From: a virus
Reading direction: 5' to 3' (one strand)
Virus record (IMG/VR): IMGVR_UViG_3300027659_000027
Span: 1 to 64,000 of that record
DNA length: 64,000 bases
Shown: piece by piece, positions 28,103 through 40,100 of the stretch
Layout: each line of letters begins with the position of its first letter
Numbering within the stretch: position 1 is the stretch's first letter
The notes under the pieces: model-generated
The model's database searches: none
The model's input: only the letters and a program-made list of their open reading frames with translations
What the model was told of the DNA's origin: nothing
Made by a program: the position numbers and the translations under genes

Positions 28103-31100
28103 TTAGTGACCTATGTCCATCAAGTCTTTACTGGTCATGTAATCGAACTTACTGATGTTGGACAGACCCGGTCCAAGCTTAGCTGTACGCTTCCACAGTT
28201 TTTCGTACCTCTTCGGGTCATCTCCTAACAACTTGGCAGAAGCCTTCAGCAACTTGAACGCATCAGTAACCACAGTAAGGCATGGAACCGGGTTTCCAAG
28301 TACAGTATCGAACACGTCAGGGGATGCGTACAAGGTAAGATCCTGATAGTTCCTGGTCAGTAGGTTCACAAACATCCTTAACTCTGCAGGTGTTGAACTC
28401 AATCCTGCTCTTCTGCGGCGCTTTTTTTCCTCCTCATCAGGGCTTAGCAGGGCCTTCATAGTAAGAATAGCTGTAAGGAAGCCTATGGTGAAGGCTATAC
28501 CTGACAGGTTTTTACGCATGTTCTCCTTATCCATATCCGATATTGGCTCTCTCTTCCTGTCTTTAACATCAGCAAAGGCATCAAGGCTGACACCGGGTAA
28601 GGCACTCAGCACTTGCTTAATAAGTACAAAGCCAGAGTTCAGAATACCCAGATCAGCTATCGTCCTGTACCTGCCCTTTACATCTCGGTCAAGTCTAACA
28701 TCGAAACGCTTGTCCTGAAACCTTGTAGCAATACCTTCAGGTAACCAGCTCATACGAAACTGACCGATCATTCTCCACATTACGTTCTTACGGGCCATCA
28801 GTTTGGAGTTAGCATCCTGATTACCGAATACCAGCGTACTTACAGCTTTGGTCTTGGTACGAAACTTGACCCAGCTCTTCTGTTTGTCTGCATCCTCTGA
28901 CTGCCAGGTATCGTCAATACCGAACCTCTCTGCATTCCAGTCGCCTTCGCTGTTATGAGCATCCCAAAGAGAGATTTCTTTCTCCACTCCGTCCTCTGTT
29001 ACCTTTACCATCTTGTGTTTCATCATAGCTATCATCATCATACCCTTGGTGAAATAGTCACCAGAAAGCTGCCAGTTCAAGGGCATCACAGCCTTGGCTA
29101 TCGACTTTTTCTTCATGGTGTCAATGTTGGACTCACCGTGCAGACTGCTTTGTACTTCGTTAATCAGGTTCATCCTGAGCATCAGGTTGAATATCTTGGC
29201 TGCTGCTTTGTCTTGTCCGAATGCACCAAAGGTTAGCCACTTATGTTGAGCATGCCGCATCTCATGCATAGCCTGACGAGCAGTTTTGTTGGTATAGTCC
29301 ATTCTTCCGTTGGCGTGTATCATCACTGAGATCATACCGAAGGTGAAGTTGGTTATGGCAGCAAACGGGTTGAAGGCAAGGGCTCTCAGCTGGTTAAAGC
29401 TTATTAACATGTCAGCAGCCTTGCTTCCAGCAAAGTACCGGCCGGATGCTGTGATTTCTTCGATACGCTCTTCAATCTTAGTAAGCCTGTCATCTTCCTC
29501 GATAGTCATGACTTCCACTCCACCCTTCATCTTTTCCCACAATTTCTCCCGTTCTTCTATCAAGTCTTTGATCTCGTTGGATAACTTCTTGTGTTCTTTT
29601 CTGCTGGAAGAGTATATGGCCTCATTGCTTACAGCCTGAGCTTGCTTATCGTTACCAAAGAACACCGACTTCTTCATGAACTCGATAGCCTCTATGGTTT
29701 TGGTAAGTGCTGGCCCTTTCTCCGGATCTTCCAGTCTTGCCTTGTTAATGCTCTTGATAAGAGCCTCACCTACATTTACGGTATCCAGGTGCTTACTCAT
29801 GTGCTTATGGCGAATAGCCATTCTTGAGAATTGCTCCATGGTGTGCAGTAAGTTTTTACTCCACCCGGCTACCTGCTCCTGACGACGTAAAAGCTCTTCT
29901 TCTTTCAGGTTGTAGGACTTGCCAGTGTTAATGAATGCCAGAGGAATCTCGTCTTTATTGGTTTTGTAGTTTTTCTCATAGTGGCTAACTGTGGAAGCCA
30001 TGAACCCTCTGTTCAATAAAGATTTCGGCTTAAGCTGCCCTATCTTACCCATTAAGCTGGCTGTGACTTCTGCTGTAACTGATGGAAGGAAGCTTGTGTC
30101 CATCTTGTCAGTTACGTGCGTAGGCAAACCATCTAACAACTCATCACGTATTGCTATGAACTCCTCGAAAATGGCCGCCTTTGTGATTACAGTCGCATCC
30201 TTGTTGGCAGTAGCCATTATAGCTTTGTGCTTAGCATCGTAGAAAGCATCGTTACTTAACCTTGGGGCTTTAACAGTGAACCTGGAGCTACCAAACCCTG
30301 AGGTAGAGTTATTGGCAAGTTTGGACTCAAAGAACAGGTTAGGGGATTCGTAACTGTCCCACTTGTCCTTCTCAGCCTGTATCATCTTTTCAAGTAGCTC
30401 ATTCTCTCTGGTAGTTCGTATGTCGTATTGCTCCTGCGGGGCCAACAACAGCTCCTCAGCTGTAAGTACCACCGCTGCTTTTTCCTCTTCAGTTAACTCA
30501 TTTGCCTCAAAGTTCAGGAACGCAGCCTCTTTTGCATCCAGGTACTTTTTGTACTGCTCTCCGGCTTCTTCTATCAGTTCCTGAGCATGCTCTTCAGACC
30601 CCACCTGCTGTACAAGGTATGCCATTTCAGTATCTACAGTTGTACCAGACATGGCCTCTCCTGTTTCTATATCAAAGAAGATGCGGGTATCAACAAATAC
30701 CGCTGCAGTACTAAGGGCTTTCCAGTACCTGGCATATACAGCAGCTGATGCCTCTCTCCTTTTATCAGGATCCTTTATACCTTTGGCCTCTTCCAATCTG
30801 TATTCAAGGGTAGACTCCAACTTGTTGATGTGTGAGAACCACTCTGGCGAGTATCTTTGTACAAAACCATGAGCGGTGTCATCCTTGTTCTCCTGCATGA
30901 ATTCTTTGTACAAGCCCGGTAACCCTCTTTGCCCAACTAACTCCTCCATCTTTGTCTTCAATGCCTCAAGCCTGGTGGCATACTTACGTATTTCACCATC
31001 ACTATTCTCTGCAGCTATGGTACCAAGTACTCCAATAGTTGCTGTGAGCTTGCTCTCTGCTCTGGCAAGTGTTAAGAAAAGCTGTGTACCTGAGAACATC

Positions 31101-34100
31101 TCCTTAAGGCTCTTGTCGTAATCTTCAGGGGAAAGTGCTATGTCATAGTTACCAGCCATTCTTGTGAATACTTCTTGAGCCTTTCCTGCGAACTCACCAC
31201 TACGGAGTCCACGAGCATCTCTCATAAGTTCTCCAAGCTCTGCGTTATAGCTTGCAACATCTGTCTCTCCTCCGTACACCAAGTCAATCACTGTAGACCA
31301 GATGTCTAATATGTTCATAGCTACCATGATCTCCTGAGGAGTAGGGCTGTCTTTAGCGATAATGCTTTTGGCCCATGCCAATTGCTTAATGCCCACCTCT
31401 GATACAGCCTCAAGTTGGTTTTCATGTAGCAACTTATTGATGTCCTCGCTAACTTCACGGCGTTTAGCCTTTATATTCTGGTACAATTTTTTGCCCTCAT
31501 CTGTTGTAGTATTAACTCTGTTGGCAAGTGCATTAAGTTCTTTCTCTTGTACCTCAAGCTTATCTATTATCTTCTGCACGTCCGTCCTTACAGGAGCTGT
31601 TGGAGCAAGTCCGTGCTTAAAAGCTGACTTCATAACAATATGAGTTCCCTCACTGGAGATCTTCACTTCTTTGTTGTAAGACTCTTCCAGTACATCTTTG
31701 ATGGTGTTGGCATACCTTTCGGTCTCGAACTCCAACGTAGTGTCCTGCTCTATTGCAGTCTGTACACGTACTGTTGTATCCCGGTTGCTGTTGAGAGTAG
31801 CAAGTTTCAAAGAGAGTGTGATAGCTTCTTTCAAGGCACTACCGTCACGAACCTCCACACCCAGTGTACGTGCAATGCTGTCAAGTACTGCAGTTAATGC
31901 ATCCCATATTGCTTCCATAAGTGTGCGCTCACCTTTCACCTGTACAGTGTTAAGGAATGCAGCGACCTTCTTATTGGTAAGGCTATATGAGATCAGCTCG
32001 TCCACACTGGACAGGGCGTATAGATTCAAATGGTCATCCGTAGTAATCTCATTGTTCGCAACGTCAGTCATGATCTTGGCAAAGGCTTCTTCCCCTTGCT
32101 CCAGGATAACACGAGCACGTAACTCCACCAGAGCCTGGTACCTTATAGAGTCAAGCTTACCAAGGATCTTTTCTACCTCCGGGTACTTGTTGTTGAACTC
32201 ACCGATGCGGGCTATTACTGCGGCTTTCTGTGCAGCAGTAATGTTCCTGTATATAGCCGGGCTGAACCCAGACATCATTACTAATCCTCGGGTACGGTGG
32301 TGAAGCATTTCGTGTAGTAATGTCTCAGCGGCTGAGTTGCGATCACCGTTAGCCTTGTTGAGTGTAAGCCTGCTTTTGTTCAAGTCATAAGTACCATCCA
32401 TATCTTTTGTTGCTTCGTATGCGACCTCGAAGTTCTCCGGTGTTGCATCAGCAAATGTGGCTCTCAGGCCATCATAGGCGAAGTCAATTTCTGAAGTAGA
32501 CCCAAGTACACGGGCAACTGTACGTAACGATTCAGGCATACGGTCATCATTTGCCACAGCGCTCAGCATCTGGTGGGCAACCTCTATTCCTCCACCCTCT
32601 TTAGGCATACCAAAGTTTTCGTAGGCGTTCTCTTTATTCTCCATACTTTCAGTAAGGTCGTTTACCTGCTGGGTAAGTGCGGCTATAGGGTTTGTTGGGG
32701 CTATCTTTACTGCTGCTGCCCTGTTCTCTTGAAATATAGATCTTGCTCCCGACACTGCACCGTTATACTCATCAGTATTCGTGTTACCGAGCGTGTCAAT
32801 TCTCTTGTAAGTACCAAAGCCTGATCTCTTGTACAGTATACGCTTACCATCTGCTGAGGAGTTGTAGGAAAGGTACATAGGGTATGCGTAATCTCCTTTA
32901 GAGTCTGCTATAACCATACGTTTATGCTCAATATTCGAGGGGTACCCCTTAAAGTCGATAGGACTGAGTGAGAACACTTCGTCGAAAGTAACCGAGTCAG
33001 CGTGGAATACACTGTCATCAACCTGCATTGCACTATCCGGGAAATGCTGGAAGAACTGCTCCATGAAGGTAGACGAGTTACCGTATATGTTTATGTTTTC
33101 CTCAGCCACCCGAAGTTGCCTGGTGAACTCACTGTCTATCAGGTATGACAGTGGTATCTTCGACAGGAATGAACTTGCGTCCATGTTACCACTGGATAGG
33201 TAGGCGTATCGTATAAGGTCTTCAGCAAGTATCTTCACATCTCTGTCAGTTGAGCTGAGCATCTCCATGAAGGAAGACACGTTCATGTTCTCATCATAGG
33301 TCGCTGCTTTGGCAGAGTTGAACCCAACAAAGTCAGGACTCTGAGAGGTAAACCCAATCTGCGGATCCAACCTTTGCATGAAGTAACTGGTAGCACCCCA
33401 CGTAAGCTTGGCCTGTGCAACTCTTTGCGCCAGTGATGGGCCATGTATGTTGTACATAAGCCTCAACCTCTCCCCTGAGGCGTCAGGCCACAGGGTATGA
33501 ATGGAAGAGTATACGTAAGAGCGCATAGACTTTATAACTTGCTTCTGCAAGTCTATCGGCAGCTGGGTCTTACCCGTCTCTGCGCGTAACCTATCGAACA
33601 GGGAGTTCTTTTCCTTGTTGGGTACCAGAGACTGGTAAGGAAAGAATTGCCCTACCAGGTTTACTGCCGTGTACATCACCGTTGAGAAGGTCTTTGCCTG
33701 CTCAGTACCATTAGCAAGCTCTACCTCACCAAGTATACCGGTCTCTATCTTATCGTTAAACAGGTTCTGGTACTTTGTAACTTTGTCGGCCGCAGCAAGG
33801 AATCCTGGCCCGGCGCCTTTGGTGTCCTGGTTGAAGATGGACTGCAGCTCGGTCATTCTCGTACCGGCGCGATCCAGCTTCTCGAATGTAAGCAGAATTG
33901 CCAGTTGCCCTTTGTCTGTGGGGCGGTTAACCTCAGCAAGTAAGCTTTCCGGTGTAAGCTTGAACTCACTCAATACTTTCTTGGTAACGTAATCCAGTTC
34001 GTCCTCATTGTAATCCCCTGCCTCTTCTCCGCTAAGTACCTTCATGATAAGGGGCCTTTTCAGTTTCTCGATCACTGACTTCTTCAGATCTGGCTCGAAC

Positions 34101-37100
34101 ACTTCGCTCAAGCTATCATTACCGTCAGCCATCAACCGGGAGAACTTGCGTATCACCGGGGATGTCAGCATTCTGGTAGCGTACCTTAAGTCTACGGCTT
34201 CTGGTTTGCCGTCACTACTCTCCAACATCATCAGTGCTGCAACAGCCTTGTACGTGTCAGGGGTTAAGTTCAGGTTATCCAGTGATCTATCCTTGGCGTT
34301 ATCCACTGCAGCTGACTGCAGGGTGGTAAGGTTATCATGCTTGGTACGTACTTCGTACTCTCCCTTGGAGTTCTTGTACAGGCTGGTGGCATACCCTGAC
34401 AGTTTGTTCAGGTGGATAGGTGTACCATCTTCTTTGTGTAACGTGATACTGAACGGCTTGTCCTTGGTGCCTACGAAGTTTCCTTCAGTATCATACACAG
34501 CCTCCTTGTTGCCCAGCTCCAATGCCTTATCCTGTATCACAGAGTTGAAGGTAACCGATAGCGAAGTAAGACCAACAAGCGTCTTAGCGTATTTACCACT
34601 CTGAAAGTCAGATAGTTGTGTGGTTACGTTGAAGTAGTTATTGAATCCTGACTCCTTAGGCTTCAGCAAAGTGTTCTCGTTCTTAATGTCCTTCTTGTCC
34701 AAAGGATTGAGTACCTTGTTGTAAACATCCTTGTGGGTAAGTACCGCCCAATGTACATCAAAGTACTGACCCTTAAGCTGTGCGTCTGTAGGTTTTGGCA
34801 GCGCTGCCAGCTTGCTTAAACGCTCAGCATGAAAGGTGTCAATCTTACTTTCGAGCTCTGGTGTCTCCACCAAGTTAGCCGGTACATCCTCTATCGCTTC
34901 TATTCCATGAAGCTTTGCGAAAAACTGCTTAATAGATGTCTCACGGGTGCGATCAGCATTGTCGGTAGGGGCACCCGTGAAGGTGTCCACTACGAACTTA
35001 CCATCGACCATCTTGTACGGTCTCTTGTAAGTGTAAAGCTTATCCACGTCAAAGTCAGCTCCCATCTGCTTGGTTATAGCAGAAGGTACAATCATCAGGT
35101 CACCCATGCTTGCTGGCGTAAATCCGACGATCTCAATGGCGAGCATGGAGTTATGCCCCTGATTCGGGATACGGGCACCAACGAGCTGTAATAGCTCCAC
35201 AGGTACCTTTTTCATGTCGAGTGTCTTACCGTCTTCCAGTAAGTAGTCTTTTATGTTCGCAGGAACCCATTTACCGGTCTCGTCCTGTATGGTGAATGTG
35301 AATGGCGCTATCACCTGAGCCGGGATAACTGTACCGTCTTCGAGCACCTCCATTGTTTTCAGCGGAGTAGAGGCGTCATAACCATTGGCGTAGACTATAC
35401 CACCACGCTCCTCCTCTGTAAGCTCCTGCATCTGCCTCATCTTATTTTTGCCTACATATCCAACACTTGCTGCCTGTACGTAACTCTTACCTGGCATCTT
35501 CACGTCTACGATGGTCTTGATCATTGACATTAGTGTACTCTCAAACTTCTCGGCAGCCGAAGAAAACATCAAAGGTATCTCCAGTTCCCCTTTATCATTT
35601 CGATACACCAGTGCTGAGATCTCGTTCTCCGAGAACCCACGGTCGCGAGCCTCCTGTATAAGCCTCTCAAGTACTTTGGTCTTGTCAACAACCTCACCAT
35701 CTTTGTAGTTCATCTCTTTGGCGAACTTCTCGAAGTTTCGGTTGATGAGATCCATGCGGATACTCTCCTTATACTTTCTCAAGGCTGCAGCATTCATCAT
35801 ACGACCACCTACATTAAACTCAGCTCCGGGCAATGCTGCCAGGCTCTCTGTGATTAGCTTGTTCATCTGAGACAGGGTCTTGATAGCTTCCTTGGTCTCG
35901 TCGTAAGGTATCTCCTGCTGTATACGCAGACCACCTCTGTCAAGTACATGAATGGAGTCTTTCCACTGCTTATCGTCGAAGTTTCCGCCAAGGTATTTAC
36001 CCTCAGGGCTGAACAGTACCATCTGTGTGGTAGGGTTACCCAGCTTCTTGGATGACCCGTGAGGAGCTCTCGCTATACCATGCTTCTCCATATCTCTCCT
36101 CAGTCCATCTATCTCGAAGTTTTTAGTAAGCGGAGGATATAGTGGGTATGAAGACGACTTGATGTAGTCATGGAACTTTGTACCACGATCTTCGGGCCTC
36201 ATAGCCACAAACACAGGCTTGGCCGGCTGCATGATAACAGCGATATGGTCTGCCTTCTCGAACTCATAGTACCCGTCAGGTTTCTTCTCACCCTCCTCAA
36301 CAATCACCATCATCTCTTTGTACAAAGCCTCTTGTATCTTACCGCCTGCGAACAGCATCTTCAAGTGTTCACGAACTGTGGTTAACTCCTGAGCATCTGT
36401 GGCATCCACCTCTTTATAGGCTTTCTGCAGCTTACTGTTCTCGGTAAACCTGTCTATGTAATTCTCGTCAGTAACCACATCGGCTATAGTGATCGTGTTG
36501 TACTTAGTATCCTCCCAAGCCATGTCCTGACCGGGTGCTATGTCCTTTGCCAATCTCTTGGAGTACTCCTGATACGTGGCATTTACCAACGTCAGTGACT
36601 GTCCGGCTTTAAGTACTTTCTCTCCTTTGGTATTCTGCTCAAGCTGAGAGTCTTTGAACTTTGCTGCCTGAGCAGGGTCACCGTAGGCAAGCTGGGCCAT
36701 AGAGGTATTAACCAGGAAGTAGTTTAGCGAAAGGTCTCTGGCGGCGGTCTTCACCACCATGTCGTATATTTCCCGCTTACCCATCTCCTCTCCATCAATT
36801 GTCCACTTTCCTTTGCTCTTCTTGATATTGTTGTAGCTACTGTTCTCCATCAGCTTCTTCACATAACTGCTGTCAAAGCTGTATGTAGCTTTACTCTTGT
36901 TAGTTATGCCAGCATCCTCCCACTTAGCCACAGTGTCCATCGTCATCTCTTCAATGAAGTGATTGAGCATGGCAGATATAACCTTCTTTGCCTTATCGCC
37001 AATATCATTGGTGATCTCACGATTGTTACCTTCCCCTACCCACAATGTCGCTATATCCTTCTCAGTCATAGCTCTCGGGGCTCCAGTGTCACCGAAGTTC

Positions 37101-40100
37101 ATCACTGTGCCGGCGTTCATGGTTTCCACCATAGCTTCGTAATTGAACTGAGGAAGGGTGAAGAATAGCTTCTTGCCTATGTTGTACTGACCATGGTCGA
37201 AGGTTACGTTCCAATGTTGGCGTATCCTTTCCCACTCTGCGAGGAACACGTTCTCTACTGCCTCGAATGCATTATCGTTTAGAGTGCTTGCACCACCTGT
37301 TACAACCTTAGGGAAATTGGTGAACACAGGGGTCATCGTTTTATCCGAGTGTGTCAGCGACATGTAGTGCGCTGTATCCTTATTACGATTCTGGAATAAC
37401 CCGATAGCCATCAGCATCTGCTCTCTATCTGACATGGCTGTACGCACGATACCTTTGGTGGTACCTACACGCCTGAGACCATCCATCATCATCATCCCGG
37501 CTGCTTCCCGGTTACCTGCCTTCCATGTGTTAAGCAGGAAGTTATTCTTGGCGAAGTGTACCTTGGACATCTCCTCGTACATAGCATCGAACTCAGTCTG
37601 CGTCTCGGGCAACAGCTCCTTCATGCGAAGTGACAGTGCGTTGTTCAGTGAGTAGTCATATATGGTCTTGCCTTCTGAGTTCCTGTGTGAAGGTGATGTG
37701 AGTAGGTCTGTGTGAGCTGCTGCTACACGAGCAAGTATTTTTACTGCAGTACCATCAGTGTACAGCGGGTTGCTGACAGTACCTGCACGTCTTTCACTTT
37801 CGTCGCCGATCATGCTTGTCTGCTGGTCGTAATTTTTATTCCATCCAGCTGCTTTCCAAACCATTGACGAGAACATACCAGTAGGTACTCCGTACTTATC
37901 AAAAGCAAACTGTCCGGCCATGGTTGCTGTTTGGTACCTGGTGTTCTTGGTACGCGTAGCTATATTGTCGAACAGATCTTCCAGCATTGCCGGTGTGAAT
38001 TCTATTCCGTTCAGGGCCATGAACTCAGCGACGAACACCTTCATGTGAGCCAGTGGATCCTTAGTGAAGGCCACAAAGTCTACGTTGGGGTCTGCTGCCT
38101 TAAGCTGCTCTGCCATCTCTGCACCAAGAACGCCCAGCGCTTCTCTTGCATCGTTTATCTTCTCTTCGCTGTTGTTCTTGTTCCCCATGATGTCCACCAG
38201 TGTTGGGTACTTATTGAGCATCATGTCAAAGACACGTACCCACGAGGCATACTTGCCTTGTACCTTCTCCACATCCATCACACGTTCACCACCTACCACT
38301 TTCATAATGGCGGAGTTCTTCTGCGCTTCCTGCCATCCCTTGATCATGTGTTGTACTTGCGAGCTCCGGTTGGCTTCAAAGGGGTTAAGTATCCACCTGA
38401 ATGTACCATCATCCTGCTTGATAGAGTTGAAGGTCATCATCAGGAACTGCTGGTAGTGAGTGCTCATTACCTTCACGAACTCATTGCGTTGGCTCTGGTC
38501 TGCCTCCTTAAGCATTCTGGCTACTGTCAGGTACATAGGATTGGTCTTGGCAGCTGTACGTAGCTTGGCATCGTATGATGCGAAATCACGCTTGCTATCA
38601 GCCAGCAGGCCCATCACCTTCTCATAGGTGTCATCGAAGTTTAGCATCTTTGGGAACCCGAGGTGGTTGAGTACCTTGATGGGTACTTCCGAACCGGGCT
38701 CATAGCTTGTATCTTCTACGTTGGCCATGAATAGCTTAAGCTTCCACGAGGCTGTATCCCTCGGGTCAAGCTCAAACACCATGTCGTTATAATCTCTCAG
38801 AGCCGTGCCCTCCTCTAAGGAGAACTCGTCCTCTGAATCATCTTTCATTTTCATGTCTACGCTGCCGTCTACAACCAGCAGGTCTTCGGTAAGTTGGGTG
38901 GTCACCTTACCGTCGATTATCCTCTTGGCAGCGTACTCCAGTCCTTTCAGGACGGCCTTGGTGTTCTTCACGCCTAAACCATAGCGCTCCAGGTTCTGGA
39001 TAACAAGGCCGGCAATTGACTGCACGCCCTTAGCCTGGTCAAAGGCAAAGCTGTTCAGCACTTCCATGATGGAGTCCGCCTGCTCTGTCTTTCCATCCGC
39101 ACGGAACTTATCCGCCTGTACCTTCATCCTGTACATGGTTTGCTGGAACGCCTCACTGATCTTGGTACCGGGAAACTTGGTGACAATCTTGTACACGAAC
39201 CACATGGCTGTGTCCACTGCAGCAATCTGCTTCTCAGTGGTAAAGTTCCCAATCTGCTTACCCTCTGCGTTCATGATTGGTACGAAGAGCTGGTTGAGCT
39301 GCTGCTTCATAGCAGTACCGCGCATGTTCTGCAGCATACGTGCAATCTGATCCTCAATGGTGAAATCCGCTGCATACCTTGACGGTTGTGCGTTGAAGGT
39401 CTCCAGAAAGGAATCAGAGAAGGTGATGTTTGGAGCGGACTCACCAACACTTTCGAACATAAGAGCCATCTCTATTGCTGTGTACCCGTTCTCGAACCGG
39501 TGCTTGTCGTTCAAGCTCTGGTAAGGTATGTGGTACTCGGTTGTAGGGTTGGCCTTGGCTTCAGCGATGAGGTCACGGATCTCTGCTTCCATCGACTCAG
39601 CGTCCATGCGAACACCTTTGCGGCTGCTCACTGACTCGCCAATAACACGTATCTCTTTGTGGAGGTATTCGGCTGGGGATGGTTCTGCCTCCTCTTTTTC
39701 CTTTTCAGCTTTTACTGTAACCCGTGGAGCATCCCCCGTATGGTATATCGTGAACGTAGCCCCTATTTCCACCAAATAGTCGATGAATTGACTATCCACA
39801 TCGGGCATGTCGCCAACTACAAACTTAACTCCCTCTTTGTAAAAACTCTCTATGACAGCCTTTGTGTCATCATGCAGAGGCTTCCCTTTGAGGCTCCCGT
39901 TTCTGGCGAGCATCATAACCTCTGGAGGTGCAGCTTCGTTTGAAACGCTGTACTTAGCTTTCCCCTCCTCATGAAGAGATGGGTATTCCCTTAGTGATGT
40001 CAGGCTGGAGCTTGGTGTTGTTTTACTCAGCTCCACGATAGCCCCCTGAGCTACTCCTCGCATCGCCATATCTTTATGGTCTCCCGTTGGCGTTCCCTTT

